A DNA stretch of 64,000 bases from Octopus vulgaris (Eukaryota). The stretch spans positions 61,690,001 through 61,754,000 of the forward strand of contig OX597820.1 of NCBI GenBank assembly GCA_951406725.2, written 5' to 3'. Shown one piece after another: positions 13,625 to 27,761 of this stretch; the stretch's first letter is position 1, and the number at the start of each line of letters is the position of its first letter. Below the pieces are notes generated by a model. It ran no database searches, was not told the DNA's origin, and saw only the letters and a list, made by a program, of their open reading frames with translations. The translations under genes were made by a program, and so were the position numbers.

Positions 13625-13913
13625 GAAGTGAGACGCACACTCAAACGCAGATGCACACACGAAGACACTCATTCCCTCAGGAAGGGAACGATTAAGAGAA
13701 TTCCAAAGATGTATCATCGCCTGGGTAAGCATCAAATACCCGGTTTTGTTTTATTGATATTTAAGCGGTGTGAGCATTTTTTTTTATAGAACGGGACAAA
13801 TTACACGCATATCCATGCAGTTAGTCAGAAAGCTGCCTAGTTCTCTCTTTCACTTTCTCTTTCTTTATCTACATACATACATACATTCATGCATACATAC
13901 ATACATACATACA

Positions 13914-13947
<34 letters not shown>

Positions 13948-14235
13948 CATAAACAAATACAAATACATACATACACATTATATGTATGCATAAATATATT
14001 ATGTAAATATCTATATATATCAATATATATATATATGCATTTGCACATACATACATGTGTATCTATACATAAACCCATACAAATACATACGTGCGTATAT
14101 ATATACATATATATATATATATAGATGTATATTTAAGTATTCTCAGACATACATACAAACGTAAACATGTGTGTGTATATATATATATAAATATATAAAT
14201 ATATATATATATATATAAATATATATATATGTATG

Positions 14236-14272
<37 letters not shown>

Positions 14273-14445
14273 GTATACATGCGTATATATGTATACAAAT
14301 ACACACATAGAATATATGTGTATGTAGGTATCCATCTATATAAAAATACACATGTATATAAATATACATACACACAGACATATAAATATGTATACACATA
14401 CACACATATACATACATACATACGTACATACAAACATATGTGTGC

Positions 14446-14480
<35 letters not shown>

Positions 14481-15074
14481 GTATGCGTGTATGAATTAAA
14501 AATAAACGACAAGATAGGTACAAGAACACAACATTCACAAACCGAAAAAATAGGGGCCAAAACTAGAGGAACGATTAAAATTAAAAAAAACAAAACTTAG
14601 CTAAAAGCGAAACAAAAAAACAAAACAAAAAAAAACCCCAAAACCAAAACCAAAATGAAACAAGGAAACAAAACAACTTCCTCCGTAAATGATTAATTCA
14701 AGTTTTCATTAAAAGGCAGTTATTATCATGTCATGGTTATTCACTCAATCGAAATTACCTCCCTTTTTCTCCTTTCATTTATTCTTTGTTATAAGCTTGC
14801 CTTTTACAATTTTATATCTGTTGCTTGCTTCCATGTTTTTGTTAATCGTGTTGTTTTTGTTTTTATTTAGAATAGCTTACGTATAATCTGAGAGAGTTCA
14901 GCGTGTTTCTCACAAGGGAGGATGTTTCAATACATGGAACTGCCTACCTCGCATTGTGCTGATTTTGTATGGCCCCTATTTTAAAAAATCTTCTTTCTAT
15001 TTCTGTTTTCTTCGTTTTTATATAGGTATGGGTATTTATGTATGTGCATGTCTGTGTGTTTATATATGCTCGTG

Positions 15075-15125
<51 letters not shown>

Positions 15126-15402
15126 GTGTATACAAATATGCATTTATATATATATATGTATGTATATATATATACATATATATATTTATACACAAATATG
15201 CATTTATATATATGTATATATATATGCATATATATATATATTCATGTATACATATTTATATAAAAATGTATATATGTATATCTTTTCATCTAACTCTACC
15301 CATTCGTGTGTGTAGGTATACACACACACATATATACACATATATACACATATATACATATATACATACATACATACTTACATATATATATACATACATA
15401 TA

Positions 15403-15521
<119 letters not shown>

Positions 15522-15960
15522 TATGTATGTACATATGTATATACATGTATGTATGTATATATGTATGTATGTATACGCACATACACACGCACACACATAT
15601 CTATAAGATATAAATACATACATACCACCATACTTACATGCATACGTTCAATTCACGTGGAGATATGTATGTACTCATGAATGATTTTAATGCAACGCAA
15701 GCATGTTTTGCTGGCAGTTTTATTTCAATATTATTTTCTTACTTCGAACTAGGATAATTTCTTCGAAAAGGAAATTAAAGCACGTTGCAATCCCCTTCAA
15801 TGCACGCTCTCATCTGTGGTGCCTGTTTCCCCTCCAGCAAAAGACCCTTTGCAAAAGACCCAGTTCATCAGTTCAATATCAGTGTGCACCAGTTCATATC
15901 ATCAGTTATCTCTCCAATGAGCCCTAAAATGGTAAGAATGGAAATGCATAAATAAATAAG

Positions 15961-15999
<39 letters not shown>

Positions 16000-16361
16000 A
16001 TGAACCAGGAAACAAAAACAAAAACAAAAGGCAAAACGTAAAGCGAAACAAAATCAAAGCATAAACCGAGAATTAAACGAAAGCAAACCCCAGAAATAGC
16101 AAAAAACAAAACAAAAAAAAACAAAGCAAAACAAAACAAAACAAAAAAACCCCAGCCAAACAAAAATCAAAGACAAAAATAGAAAATCGAAACAAAAACA
16201 AAAACAAAAGAGCAAATATGTTTAGAATTTACAAATAAAGGCAGAACGGCCGAAATAAAAGACAAAATTCTTGCAATTAAATGACTCTTTAATTAAATTC
16301 CTTATTGGTAAAACAATAACAAAAACGACAACAGCAATAATAACAGACAAGGCGCTGACAG

Positions 16362-16365
16362 ATGG

Positions 16366-16456
<91 letters not shown>

Positions 16457-16699
16457 AGAGTTGATGATGATAGAGTTGATGATGATCAGTATGGTGATGA
16501 TGATGGTGATGATGAGGGTAACAATGATGGTGATGATGAGCAGGAAGAGGAAGGGGAAGGTGATTACGGCGGTGAAGATGCTGCTGCTGCTGATGGTGGT
16601 GATGTTAAATTGAGAACAATGATGATAATAGTGGCGAAGATGATGTTGATAGACCTTGATGAAAATGGAGACGGTTATGGCGACCTTGATACGGTAACT

Positions 16700-16739
<40 letters not shown>

Positions 16740-17209
16740 CAACGACGACAATGACGACGACATTGATTTTGATGATGGTAATGGTGGTGGTGGTAAATAT
16801 GAAAAAGATGAAAATGATGATAATGATGGTGGTGAGGATAATTGAGGACAGCAAAAATGATGATATAATGACGGTGGTGGTGATGGTAGTGGTGATGGTA
16901 GTGGTGGTAGTGATGGTAGTGGTGATGATGGTGGTGATGATATTGGTGTTGATGGTAGTGGTGGTGGTGATGGTAGTGGTGATGGTGGTGGTGATGATGG
17001 TGGTGGTGATGGTGGTATGGTGATAGTGGTATGGTGATGATGGTGGTGGTGATGGTGGTATGGTAATGGTGGCATGGTGATGGTGGTGGTGGTGGTGGTG
17101 GTGGTGGTGGTAGTGGTGGTGATGATAGTGGTGGTCATGACGGCGGTGGTAGTGGCAATGATGATGTTGATGATGATGATGATGAGAATGATGATGGCAA
17201 TGATGATGT

Positions 17210-17302
<93 letters not shown>

Positions 17303-17345
17303 CGACGACGATGATGATGATGATAATCATGAGCATGACGAAGAT
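16362..17345. repeat. About 1 kb compound (GAT)n/(GGT)n triplet microsatellite
   Basis: Seen directly; all frames give homopolymeric peptides. Confidence 0.9.
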
Positions 17346-17789
17346 GCTGCTTCTGCTAAATTACGACAAAGGTATTGATGACAATTATAGTGAAGAATTA
17401 CGTTGTTAAAAAAAAAATGAAATCAATACAAAACTAACCAAGCAACGTTCCTGTCCACGACACTTGGATAATCTCAGAGAATCTCTTGATCGAAAATTTT
17501 TATTTGCGGTTCACTACATTATGCACGTGAAACCCCATCTAATACAACCGAAATAATCACGACGTCGATAACAACATCAACAAAATCAACACCGAAAAAC
17601 AAAGAAAAACCATATCGGGTCCTGGCAGTGAAATGTTCATTATCGTCAGTTATGTTTAGTGCTTTTTTTCTAAAAAGTCAAGCTCTGTCAATGAACACTC
17701 TTCAAAACCGGATGTTTTCTACGATGAATCTGAAGAGTTTTGTAATAACAAATGCCCTCAAAAAGATGTTAGTATCCCCATTTCGCTTT

Positions 17790-18545
17790 GTCATGTACAA
17801 AACAAACTACAGATGATCAGCTGAGACTTCAACAGCTATTGTACTCCATGGTATTAAATGGGGATCGTTGAGGATGGAAACTGGCCAGAATAGACTTACC
17901 ATAAAGATGGCACGGCCACTGTCTTGAATCTATGACAAATTTGCTAAATAAGTTTTAAAAAAAACTACACGGAAATTCTTTTCCCACTGTACATTCTTGA
18001 TGTCTTCAAAGATGTCTTCATAATGATTATGTTACTAAATTTGAAACATTCCTTCTTAGAGAAAATAACATCTACAAATAATAAGGCGATGGAGAGTATC
18101 TTCCAATAGTGGCGCACTGGAACTCCCTGATTAAGCTAGCAAATGTGCCAAAGTTCTAGACGCCACAGTCTGTAATCGTGGTGTTCATAAAATTTGTACT
18201 TCAACAACCGAAGGTTATTGCAAGCTATGTTGACCCTCAATTAGAGCGACATTGTTGAGAGTACGGTGAAACGCTGATTACTGAAGACCACTCATCATGA
18301 AAGAGATATAAACTGACCAAATGTTAAATTGAAACAGAGCAGATCAAGTATTCCAGACCCGTGTCAAAGAAGGAAGTCCTGCAACTATATAATAATTGTC
18401 TATGAACTAGCTAAGATCTGGAAGAAAGGTTATTTGATAGTATTGCTGAAACAAATAAATGGTAGATCTACCAATTCCAAAGGTCACAAACCGGAATCCC
18501 TTTGCATTCACACAAACCAGCTCTTTGAGCTCGTAATTCTCAGAA
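17790..18545 (+). mobile_element. Highly decayed Gypsy-type LTR retrotransposon pol (integrase region) remnant
   Basis: Colinear broken motifs: TTDDQLRLQQLLYSMVLNG, VLKKLH, LEKITSTNNKAMESIF, GALEL..ANVPKF (compare GxPExLxSDNGPQF), IWKKGYL..GRS..HTNQL (compare integrase C-terminal W..G..RHxNQL). Confidence 0.35.
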
Positions 18546-18929
18546 CATCACCGTAGTATATCAATATCTTATCTCTGAATCAATAGGATTTTCTTTTGGT
18601 AACTCAATTAACAAGGTATTTCACGTTTTCCAATACATCGACGATCATTTTGAGCAAGAAATGTCTTATAACATAGGTACACACGTCTGGTGTGAAATGG
18701 TTTTGCACAAATAAATAGTTTGTTGTGGTTATCTAAAAATAACCTATCGCAGAAATATATGTTAATACAGAACGCATTCCGTACTACTCGAACGCAGGTA
18801 CGATACTCAGTCTTCACTATTCAACTGCCGACTGTTAAACCAACACACGTCGAACTAACACGGTAAACTAACACGGTCGAACTAACACTAGCAACAACCG
18901 CCTTGGCAATTCACTCAGTTCTTTTTCTT

Positions 18930-19357
18930 TTCTACTCTAGACACAAAGCACGAGATTTTTGGGGAGGGTGACCAGTCGATTAGATTGACCCCAATACGCA
19001 ACTGGTACTTAATTTATCGACCCCGAAAGGATGAAAGGCAAAGTCAACCTCGGCGGAATTTGAACTCAGAACGTAAAGTCACAAAATATCGCTAAGCATT
19101 TCGCCCGGCGTGCTAATGTTTCTTTTCTATTCTAGGCACAAGGCCCGAAATTTTTGGAGAGGGCGCTAGTCGATTAGATCGACCCCAGAACGTAACTGGT
19201 ACTTAATTTATCGACCCCAAAAGAATGAAAGACAAAGTCGACTACGGCGGAAATCGAACTGAGAACGTCCTGAGTTCAAAATGCTTAGCAGTATTTCGTC
19301 TGTCTTTACATTCTGAGTTCAAATTCCGCCGAGGTCGACTTTGCCTTTCATCCTTTG
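18930..19357. mobile_element. SINE family A cluster: tandem dimer on minus (18930-19267) plus inverted partial copy (19270-19357)
   Basis: Repeated aatttatcgacccc..aaagtcgac..cggcggaa, then gttctgagttcaaattccgccgaggtcgactttgcctttcatcc. Confidence 0.85.
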
Positions 19358-20206
19358 CTTTCCCTTTTTTGTTTCACCTAAATGTCTAGATGTTTTGCGT
19401 TCTTGTTCCATTTTTGTATCTTTTATATATAAAATATAGCGGAGTACGTACACTTTGGTCTCTTATATGTAAGTATATATATCTAAATTTTGTACGACTC
19501 TATTGTTCTTTGTATTCTTTCATTCTTTCCTTCTTTCTTTCAGCCCTTTCACACTTCGTTCTTTCCACTCTTCGTTCATTCCACTCTTCGTTCTTTCGTT
19601 CCCCCTCTCTCACATTTCCTGGCCTTCTCTTCATGCTCACTTTCCCTCTTTCCTTTCACTGTGTCTCTTTAATTTTCCTCTCACTCCTCCTTAATTCTTC
19701 TATCCCTCTGCTTCTACCTCTCTCTCTTCTCTCCCCACGTGACCGGTGTTTGGCCAGGGTACTTGTGTGTTTAAGTCTTGTTCTCTTGTACTTATTGTAT
19801 CGTTTCGCTTTTGTCAAACTGCTAGCTAACGAGGAAATAAACAACCCAACACCGGTTGTCAAACAAAAAGACACACATATGTATGTACACGATGGGCTTC
19901 CACATAATTCCCGTCTACCTAATCCAGTCACGACATATTAGTTGGCTCGGAGCTATAGTAGAAGACACTTGCCTCAGAGACCCAACGGTGTCACGAAGGA
20001 TAGTACAAGGGCTTCCATCCAACGCCCTATTAATACCACCATTCCGCCACCCTAAAATAGGACTTTATTTGACGACATCAAAAGGATGAAAGGCCATGTT
20101 GAACTCGATGAAATTTGAACTTACAGCGCAGAGACTCCGGACCAACTTATGTATTGCGAATAAATTTGGTAAACGAAAACTCTGTAGAAGCCCACGGTGT
20201 GTTTGC

Positions 20207-20278
<72 letters not shown>

Positions 20279-20284
<6 letters not shown>

Positions 20285-20836
20285 AGAATTGAAGCTCCCC
20301 AAAGGTCAATCACAAAAAGATAGATGGCATGTCAGACCTTGACTACTGGGGTAGACTAGAGAAGCTGAAATTGTATTCACTCCAACGACGCCGTGAACGC
20401 TACATTATCTGTATGATGTGGAAAATATTCCATCAGCACTGTCCGAATGATGTTGGCATCACCTTCAAAATGCATCCAAGGCTTGGACCACGTGCCATCC
20501 GTCCACAACAAAAATCTAAATCGCATCACATAACGACAATACGGCACAACTATTTCACCTCAATTGGACCCGCTCTCTTCAACATTACACCAGGACACGT
20601 CAAAAAAGAAACTGACCACACAAAATTCAAGAAGTCTTTGGACAAATTCCTTCAAACAGTACCGGACAAACCATCCACACCCGGATATGTCTCCGCAAAC
20701 AATAACTCTCTGCTCGAATGGGCCTTGGTGCCCAAATCCTGAACTGAAAGACTTCGCCAGGTGGTGCTATTAAGTTAGACATGGCCTGGGCCAATACTGG
20801 CCAAAAACCTTTCTAAGTTATTCTAAGTTATAAGTT
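20279..20836 (+). mobile_element. 5'-truncated CR1-group LINE (sister subfamily of the element at 54.5-59.3 kb), inserted in (TA)n
   Basis: ORF 20329-20742 aligns to the ORF2 C-terminus (LYSLQRRRERYIICMMWKIF..NNSLLEWA); same 3' UTR; tail ttctaagtta x2; (TA)n on both sides. Confidence 0.95.
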
Positions 20837-20837
20837 A

Positions 20838-21311
<474 letters not shown>

Positions 21312-22295
21312 TATATATATACGTGTGTGTGTGTCTGTGTGTGTGTATGTGTGTGTGTGTGTGTGTATGCATGTATGTCTTTCTGTTTGTGTTTGTTACT
21401 CCACCGCTTGAAAAACGGTGTTGATTTGTTTACGTACCCGTAACACTAGCGGTTCGGCAAAAGAGATCGGCAGAATATGTAATATTAAACTTTAGTACTG
21501 GGGACGATTTGTCCGTCTAAACCCTTCAAGGTAGTGTTCCACCATGGCCGCAGTTCAGTGAATGAAAAGAGTAAAAGATTTTAAAGATTGCTTTCCTACA
21601 GCAGGATATCTACTGGGAAAAGAAGTTCTGGAACTAATATGAGAATGCTGGACCTACAGACAGAATGACTGAAGGTAAAGGAGAATGGTGATACACTGTA
21701 GTTAAAACTTATGTCCGCTTGGAAAAATATATTTTCTTCCATATAGATTTTTTTCTTCCTCATTTACTCCAGTGAATTGTTACAGATCAAGAAGTCACCA
21801 GCGTAGATACATTTCTGGGTAGTTAAATTACCATTTTGAAAGAATGCTTTACAACAGATATCACATTGGTATGGTCTCTCCTATTTGAACAAGTTTTATG
21901 GCAAGACAAACAACGAATCTGTTTTACGGTGAATATCACAGTGGTATGATTTCTCTGCTGTGTGTATATGTTTGTATGGGAAATTAAATTAGCGTTTTGA
22001 AAGTATGTTTCAGCACAGATATTATACTACGATATAGATTTTCTTGTGCGAATACGTTTGTGGAAAGAAATTATAACTATTAGAGAAAGTTTCACTATAA
22101 ATATCAGTCAGTAGTAGGATCTCTATCCCGTGTCTATACGTTGGGGAACGTACGCTCGTGTGCACATACACACATTCACATACACTACTCGCATATACAC
22201 ATATAAAGGGTTTATACATAAATCTATATATATACGCGTACAGATACATACACGCATATATACATGTGTGAGCATGCGTATTTGCACACACACAC

Positions 22296-22337
<42 letters not shown>

Positions 22338-22529
22338 CACACATATATATTCATATATATGTAATAAGTATATGTATATATAATATATATATATATACAT
22401 ATATATATACATACACACACGAATGTTTATATATATACATATATATATACATACACACACGAATGTCTATATCTATATATGTGTGTGTGTTTATATACAC
22501 ACACATTTTATATACATTTTCCCTTTCTC

Positions 22530-22571
<42 letters not shown>

Positions 22572-23044
22572 CTTGCATGTGTATACGTGCTTGCATGTGT
22601 GAGTTGTGTATAAATATATATATATATGTATATATATATATGTGTATGAATATATATATTTGTGGTTAAAGTTTAAACTAAAGTCTTCTTAGGAGTGTGA
22701 CATCGACGTAACTTGTTATTACATAAGACAAAGTCTATACAGTGGAAATTTGGGACCTAAAATGGCAGATTTTATTGACATGTGGCAATAAAGCTAAGCT
22801 GAAAATTATGTTGTTTAAGTTCGAGCCTACCTAACATCTTAAACAGGTAACCTGTGTAAGCGTCATGTCGGTCGAAGCGATATCAACGAAATTGGTATGA
22901 TTGAGAGAAAGAGACCATTGAATTGTCTGTAGCACTTAAACCACATTTCAGTTTACCATCACATCTTGACTCTATGATGTATGAAGTGGAACCCACTTCA
23001 CATGCATACACACATGTATATATACATAATATATATATATAATA

Positions 23045-24331
23045 TTGGGTTGGCAACTAAATGCCCGCCGTTTTTTTTATTAAAATTTTTTCAAAGGTTT
23101 AATAAAATTAACAACTAATTAATCAATAATGTATTCACCCTTGCTTTTTACAACTTCCTCCCAACGTTCAACAAGATTTTCAATACCTCGTTGGTTGAAA
23201 TCACCCGATTTCGACTCGAAAAATGGATCCATCCAAGCTCTTAATTCTGCATCAGTTTTGAACGAAACTCCACGCATAGCATTTGAAAGAGATCGAAAGA
23301 GGTGGCAATCGGTTGGTGCCAAATCAGGAGAGTACGGAGGGTGTGGCAGCACTTCCCAGCCATGCGTTTGAATGGCTTCCTTAGTCATATTGGCGATATG
23401 AGGGGCGTTGTCGTGCAGCAGAAGAACTCCATGCTGCCGATTAGGTCTTTTTTCTTGAACAGCCGTGTTGATTCGTTCCATCTGTTGAACATAGAGTTCC
23501 GTGTTGACCGTTTGGTTCCGTTCAAGCAATTCGTAATGGATAATCCCTTCCCAGTCCCACCATACGCACAACATCGTTTTACGCGGATGAAGATCTTGCT
23601 TCACGCGCAGTGTCACTTGTTTACCGGGGCTAAGCCATTCCTTACGCTGCTTCATATTGATGTACAAGCACCATTTTTCGTCGCCAGTAACGATTCGGTA
23701 AAGAAATCGTTGCTTGTGTCAAAGAGTTGAGCGGTGAGGAGCAAGCAAACCAGCGGAGATTGTTGCTTGTTGATTTTTGTTGTTGTCACTTAAAGCATGC
23801 GGAATCCATGTTCTATACTTCTGAACCTTTCTCATCGAATGAAGATGCTTCTCTATAGCGGATTGGGAGCATTCCATTTTCTCTACCAGTTCCCTTGTCG
23901 TTTGACGAGAATTTTTGTGCAGAAGTTGGTTTAATCGCTTTTCATCGAACTCAACTGGACGGCCAGAACAAGGTGCGTCTTTGAGGTCAAAATTTCCATT
24001 TTTGAACTTGGCATACCAATCACGAGCGGTTCTTTCAGCTATGGCACCCTCTCCATACACAGCACAAATGTCGTGAGCAGCTTTTGTGACCTTAGAACCT
24101 TGATTAAAAGCTAAAAGAAGGTGTCAAAAATGGTCGTTTTTCTTAACATGACATTCCATTTTAATGATCTGAAAATAAACAAAAATTAGCTAGAAAAAAA
24201 CCCCAAAAGAACATAATAAATTCCTAAATGATTCAAAAATAGAATTCTCGAAACAAAATAGATTCCAAAATTTAGAAACGCAATAAATTCCAAAATTTAA
24301 AAAAGCGGCGAGAACTTAGTTGCCAACCCAA
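23045..24331 (-). mobile_element. Full-length mariner transposon (mellifera-like), transposase inactivated
   Basis: TIRs ttgggttggcaactaa (23045) and ttagttgccaacccaa (24331); TA on the left; 1287 bp. Confidence 0.95.
23119..24159 (-). pseudogene. Mariner DD34D transposase pseudogene
   Basis: MECHVKKNDHF* start, SGRP, WIPHAL, IVTGDEKW, HDNAP, HPPYSPDLAPTD, GEYIID; in-frame stop and a break near 23720. Confidence 0.93.
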
Positions 24332-24335
24332 TCTG

Positions 24336-24436
<101 letters not shown>

Positions 24437-24629
24437 GCACACATATATAACGGGATCATATATTGAGCATTTAACACCAAACACTGTATAATTTGCTAAA
24501 CACCGAAGATGTATTTACATCATTATACAATGTATCAACAAGCAATTAAGTAATCTTTGCAATAGTTTGACGAAACGCATGTATGTTTTATAAAGTATAA
24601 AATTTCGTATATATTTTCTGCATTTTATT

Positions 24630-24778
24630 AGGTGCTGGTGTGATTATGGCACGATGTTTTACTTCTCAGTCACATGGTTCTGGGTTCAGTCCTATGTGAC
24701 ATCTTGGGCAAATGTCTTCTACTATAGCTTCGGGCCACCAAAGGTCTTAGTGGTAGACAGAAACTGAAAAGAAGCCTG

Positions 24779-24817
<39 letters not shown>

Positions 24818-25050
24818 GGTGTGTGTGTATGTGTGTATGTATGTGTGCGTGTAGGTCTGCGTTTGTATATGTGTGTGTGCTCGTGTCTGTACTTGTCTCC
24901 GCCACCGCTTGAAACCAGTGTTGGTGTGTTTACATCACTGTAATTAGCGATTTGGCAAAAGAGATCGATAAAATAAGTACCAGATTAAAAAAATATATAA
25001 TTACTGGGTTCAATTAGTTCGGATAATGACTGGAACGAGTAAAAGATAAA
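24630..25050 (+). mobile_element. SINE family B, decayed
   Basis: catggttctgggttcagtcc..tcttgggcaaatgtcttctactatagc..gaagcctgtc (TA)n ..ttggcaaaagagatcgata. Confidence 0.75.
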
Positions 25051-26154
25051 ACACACCCCACCACGCACACCACACACTTGCATCCATATGCAACGTCTTC
25101 AGCCTACACCCGTTAAATTAACAAGGCAAGTCATATATCTCACCAAAAAATTATATTAATCAAATTAACCTAAAACTATACTATAACAAAGGTCATGAAG
25201 TAAATTAAACGAACCCTCAACAAGTCCAGAATCTGTAGAATCTTAAGAACCTGTGAAAAAGCTGAAAGAAGTCTGAAGATAAACACTAGAAACTTATAAA
25301 TGTGTAAACAGCCATACCTAAAAAATATAGTAATCAATCACATAACCTTAGAAACATCACCAAGATGTAAATTTAAGGAAACCGAGAATTCTCTCCCCTG
25401 TTGTGTAATGGATAACAACGTGATAAATTGACATAACTTCACATCAGAAGGGCTGCATATAGCGATGTAATGCCAATGAAATGAACGACCAAATACATAC
25501 ATACATACATACATACATACATACATACATACATACATACATACATAACATACATAATGCCTAGAAAGACACTGAAATTCTATATATCATTGACGGCGAG
25601 ATTCGGTTATGTCGCTACCGGACGTCTGCAACTGAGGAGCTCAAGGTTGGCGAATTCACGTGATCTAGCAGTTCCGGCGGCGTAGTAGATGGTTCTTCTC
25701 TGCCAATGATATAAATACGAATACTTTTATACACCACGAATCCATATGAGAGATCCTCTCAGGGTTAATAACGCAGTTTTCTGTGTTCTAATGCAAACAA
25801 CCACTTGAATTTGGAGATAAAGATTACACTTTGGTATTGATATGGCATTTGTCGTTAGTAATTGTATATATATATATTCTGACTTTAAATCCTGATGTGT
25901 TTAAATTTGCGTTTTATCCTTTCGGAGTCTAAAAGAATAAATGCCAAACATATACAGGATCAATCGATTATACTATTTGAGTGGTACAATTAATTTGTCT
26001 TCCGGTTTAGCAATACCTCTACAACAAAGCCCTTGAGTATCTTTAGCAGGTTCTATTCCGTTTCCGGTCTGGTGAGAACTCGTAAATTGTGGTTCCTTCC
26101 TTCCATTCTTCCGTCACTTTAAGAAGCCTTAACAAAGGTCATAGAAGCTGCCTG

Positions 26155-26199
<45 letters not shown>

Positions 26200-27309
26200 T
26201 TCTGGTTAACTCAGTGGTACTCGATCTTTTCATTACTAAGGATTCTTTTTATTTAAACGACGTTTTTTCTCAGATTCTAGGTTTCAGAAATGTCCGTCAA
26301 CTCAATAAGCCGATTTTTATTAACTAACAATAAACTCGTTGATTCAGTTTTCATCACTCTTTTGATGTTTATATATGAACCAAACTTAGATATGAATATT
26401 TGTAAAGGTAAGCTCGTGTCGCATTGAATTTGTAAACCGGTTTCGATATCAGATGGTGACGTTTTCATTTCTTATGTGATGACACTTTCTCTCAACTTAT
26501 GAACATTACGCAACAACATTTGCCTCCCTTTGTAAATATGTTCATTCTTTTATCCATGTAAGAAATCAATTTGTATTTGTTCATTGTATTCAAATATTCT
26601 TGTTAAATGAAATGAAGAAATACAATAAGCTAAGTTCGGCGGCGGGGTGCTACAAACATTCTGACAATGTTCGGTCGTCGAATCCACTCAATTACTGCCT
26701 AATTTCGAAGGTTTGACAAGAGATTTGTGTCTGCAACGATGTTAACTACACATCATATATTGTTATATTGCAATATTCGATGTGATGAAAAGGGGATGTA
26801 GTGTCGTTGTCGAGGCGGTTGTTTCTAAAGCTGTTATTGGAGAGGAAGAGATGTGGCTTTTAATGGAACAGCTATAATAAAATGGAACAATTTTCTAAAT
26901 GAAGATTTCGTCTTAAAAGCGGGGATGGACCATTAAGAAGTCAAATAATTGAAACAAATTTAATTTCCTTCTCGCTCTTATTCGTTTTATTGGCCTTTCA
27001 TTGCAAAGGCTTAGTTTAAAGTAACCATCGTTAACTGGGAAAGAGAAATCTCTCTTGTTTCCTGATTCATACGAAATGGCAAAACCATAGCAGAATATTC
27101 ACTTTAGAATCTTAACGGAAAAAGAAAAGCACCTACATCTTATTGATATGTTTGTTTCTATCTATTCGACTGTCATACTGTTCTTAATTTTTAAATTTTA
27201 CTTATTTTTCATCTCTGTTGTAAATGACTTGCAGAAAAGAATCTACTTGAATCGATGAATTCTCAGTTTACCGATTCAATAGTTAATGTTTCGCATCCTG
27301 CACCACGTC

Positions 27310-27454
27310 CATACCTCGGGCATTTAACAGTTTGATGGAGCAGTGCATACCTAGGACGTTTACCGGTTTGAAGGAGCAGCGCATACTTAGGACGTTTAAC
27401 TGTTTGATAGAGCATTTCATACCTCGGGTATTTAACACTTTGATAGAACATTCA
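27310..27454. repeat. 36-bp minisatellite, 4 copies
   Basis: catacctcgggcatttaacagtttgatggagcagtg and three variants in tandem. Confidence 0.85.
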
Positions 27455-27529
27455 TCTAGTTGTAATTAGGTAAACAGCTATACTGTATTAGCGATGAATA
27501 TTTTGTTAGCTTATATTGTAAAGATAAAA

Positions 27530-27761
27530 GGCGGCGAGCTGGCAGAAACGTTAGCACGCCGGGCGAAGTGCGTAGCCGTATTTCGTCTGCCGTTACGTTC
27601 TGAGTTCAAATTCCACCGAGGTCACACTTTGCCTTTCATCCTTTCAGGGTCGATAAATTAAGTACCAGTTACGCACTGGGGTCGATATAATCGACTTAAT
27701 CAGTTTTTCTGTCCTTGTTTGTCCCCTCTGTGTTTAGCCCCTTGTGGGTAGTAAAGAAATA
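27530..27761 (+). mobile_element. Complete monomeric SINE family A with 18-bp target-site duplication
   Basis: Starts ggcggcgagctggcagaa, B-box gagttcaaattc, ends gtaaagaaata; tatattgtaaagataaaa at 27512-27529 and 27762-27779. Confidence 0.92.

Noticed and set aside
16271-17409. Long Asp/Met/Val-rich ORFs (250 aa and others)
   Set aside because: Translations of a compound GAT/GGT microsatellite; no unique coding sequence or splice context
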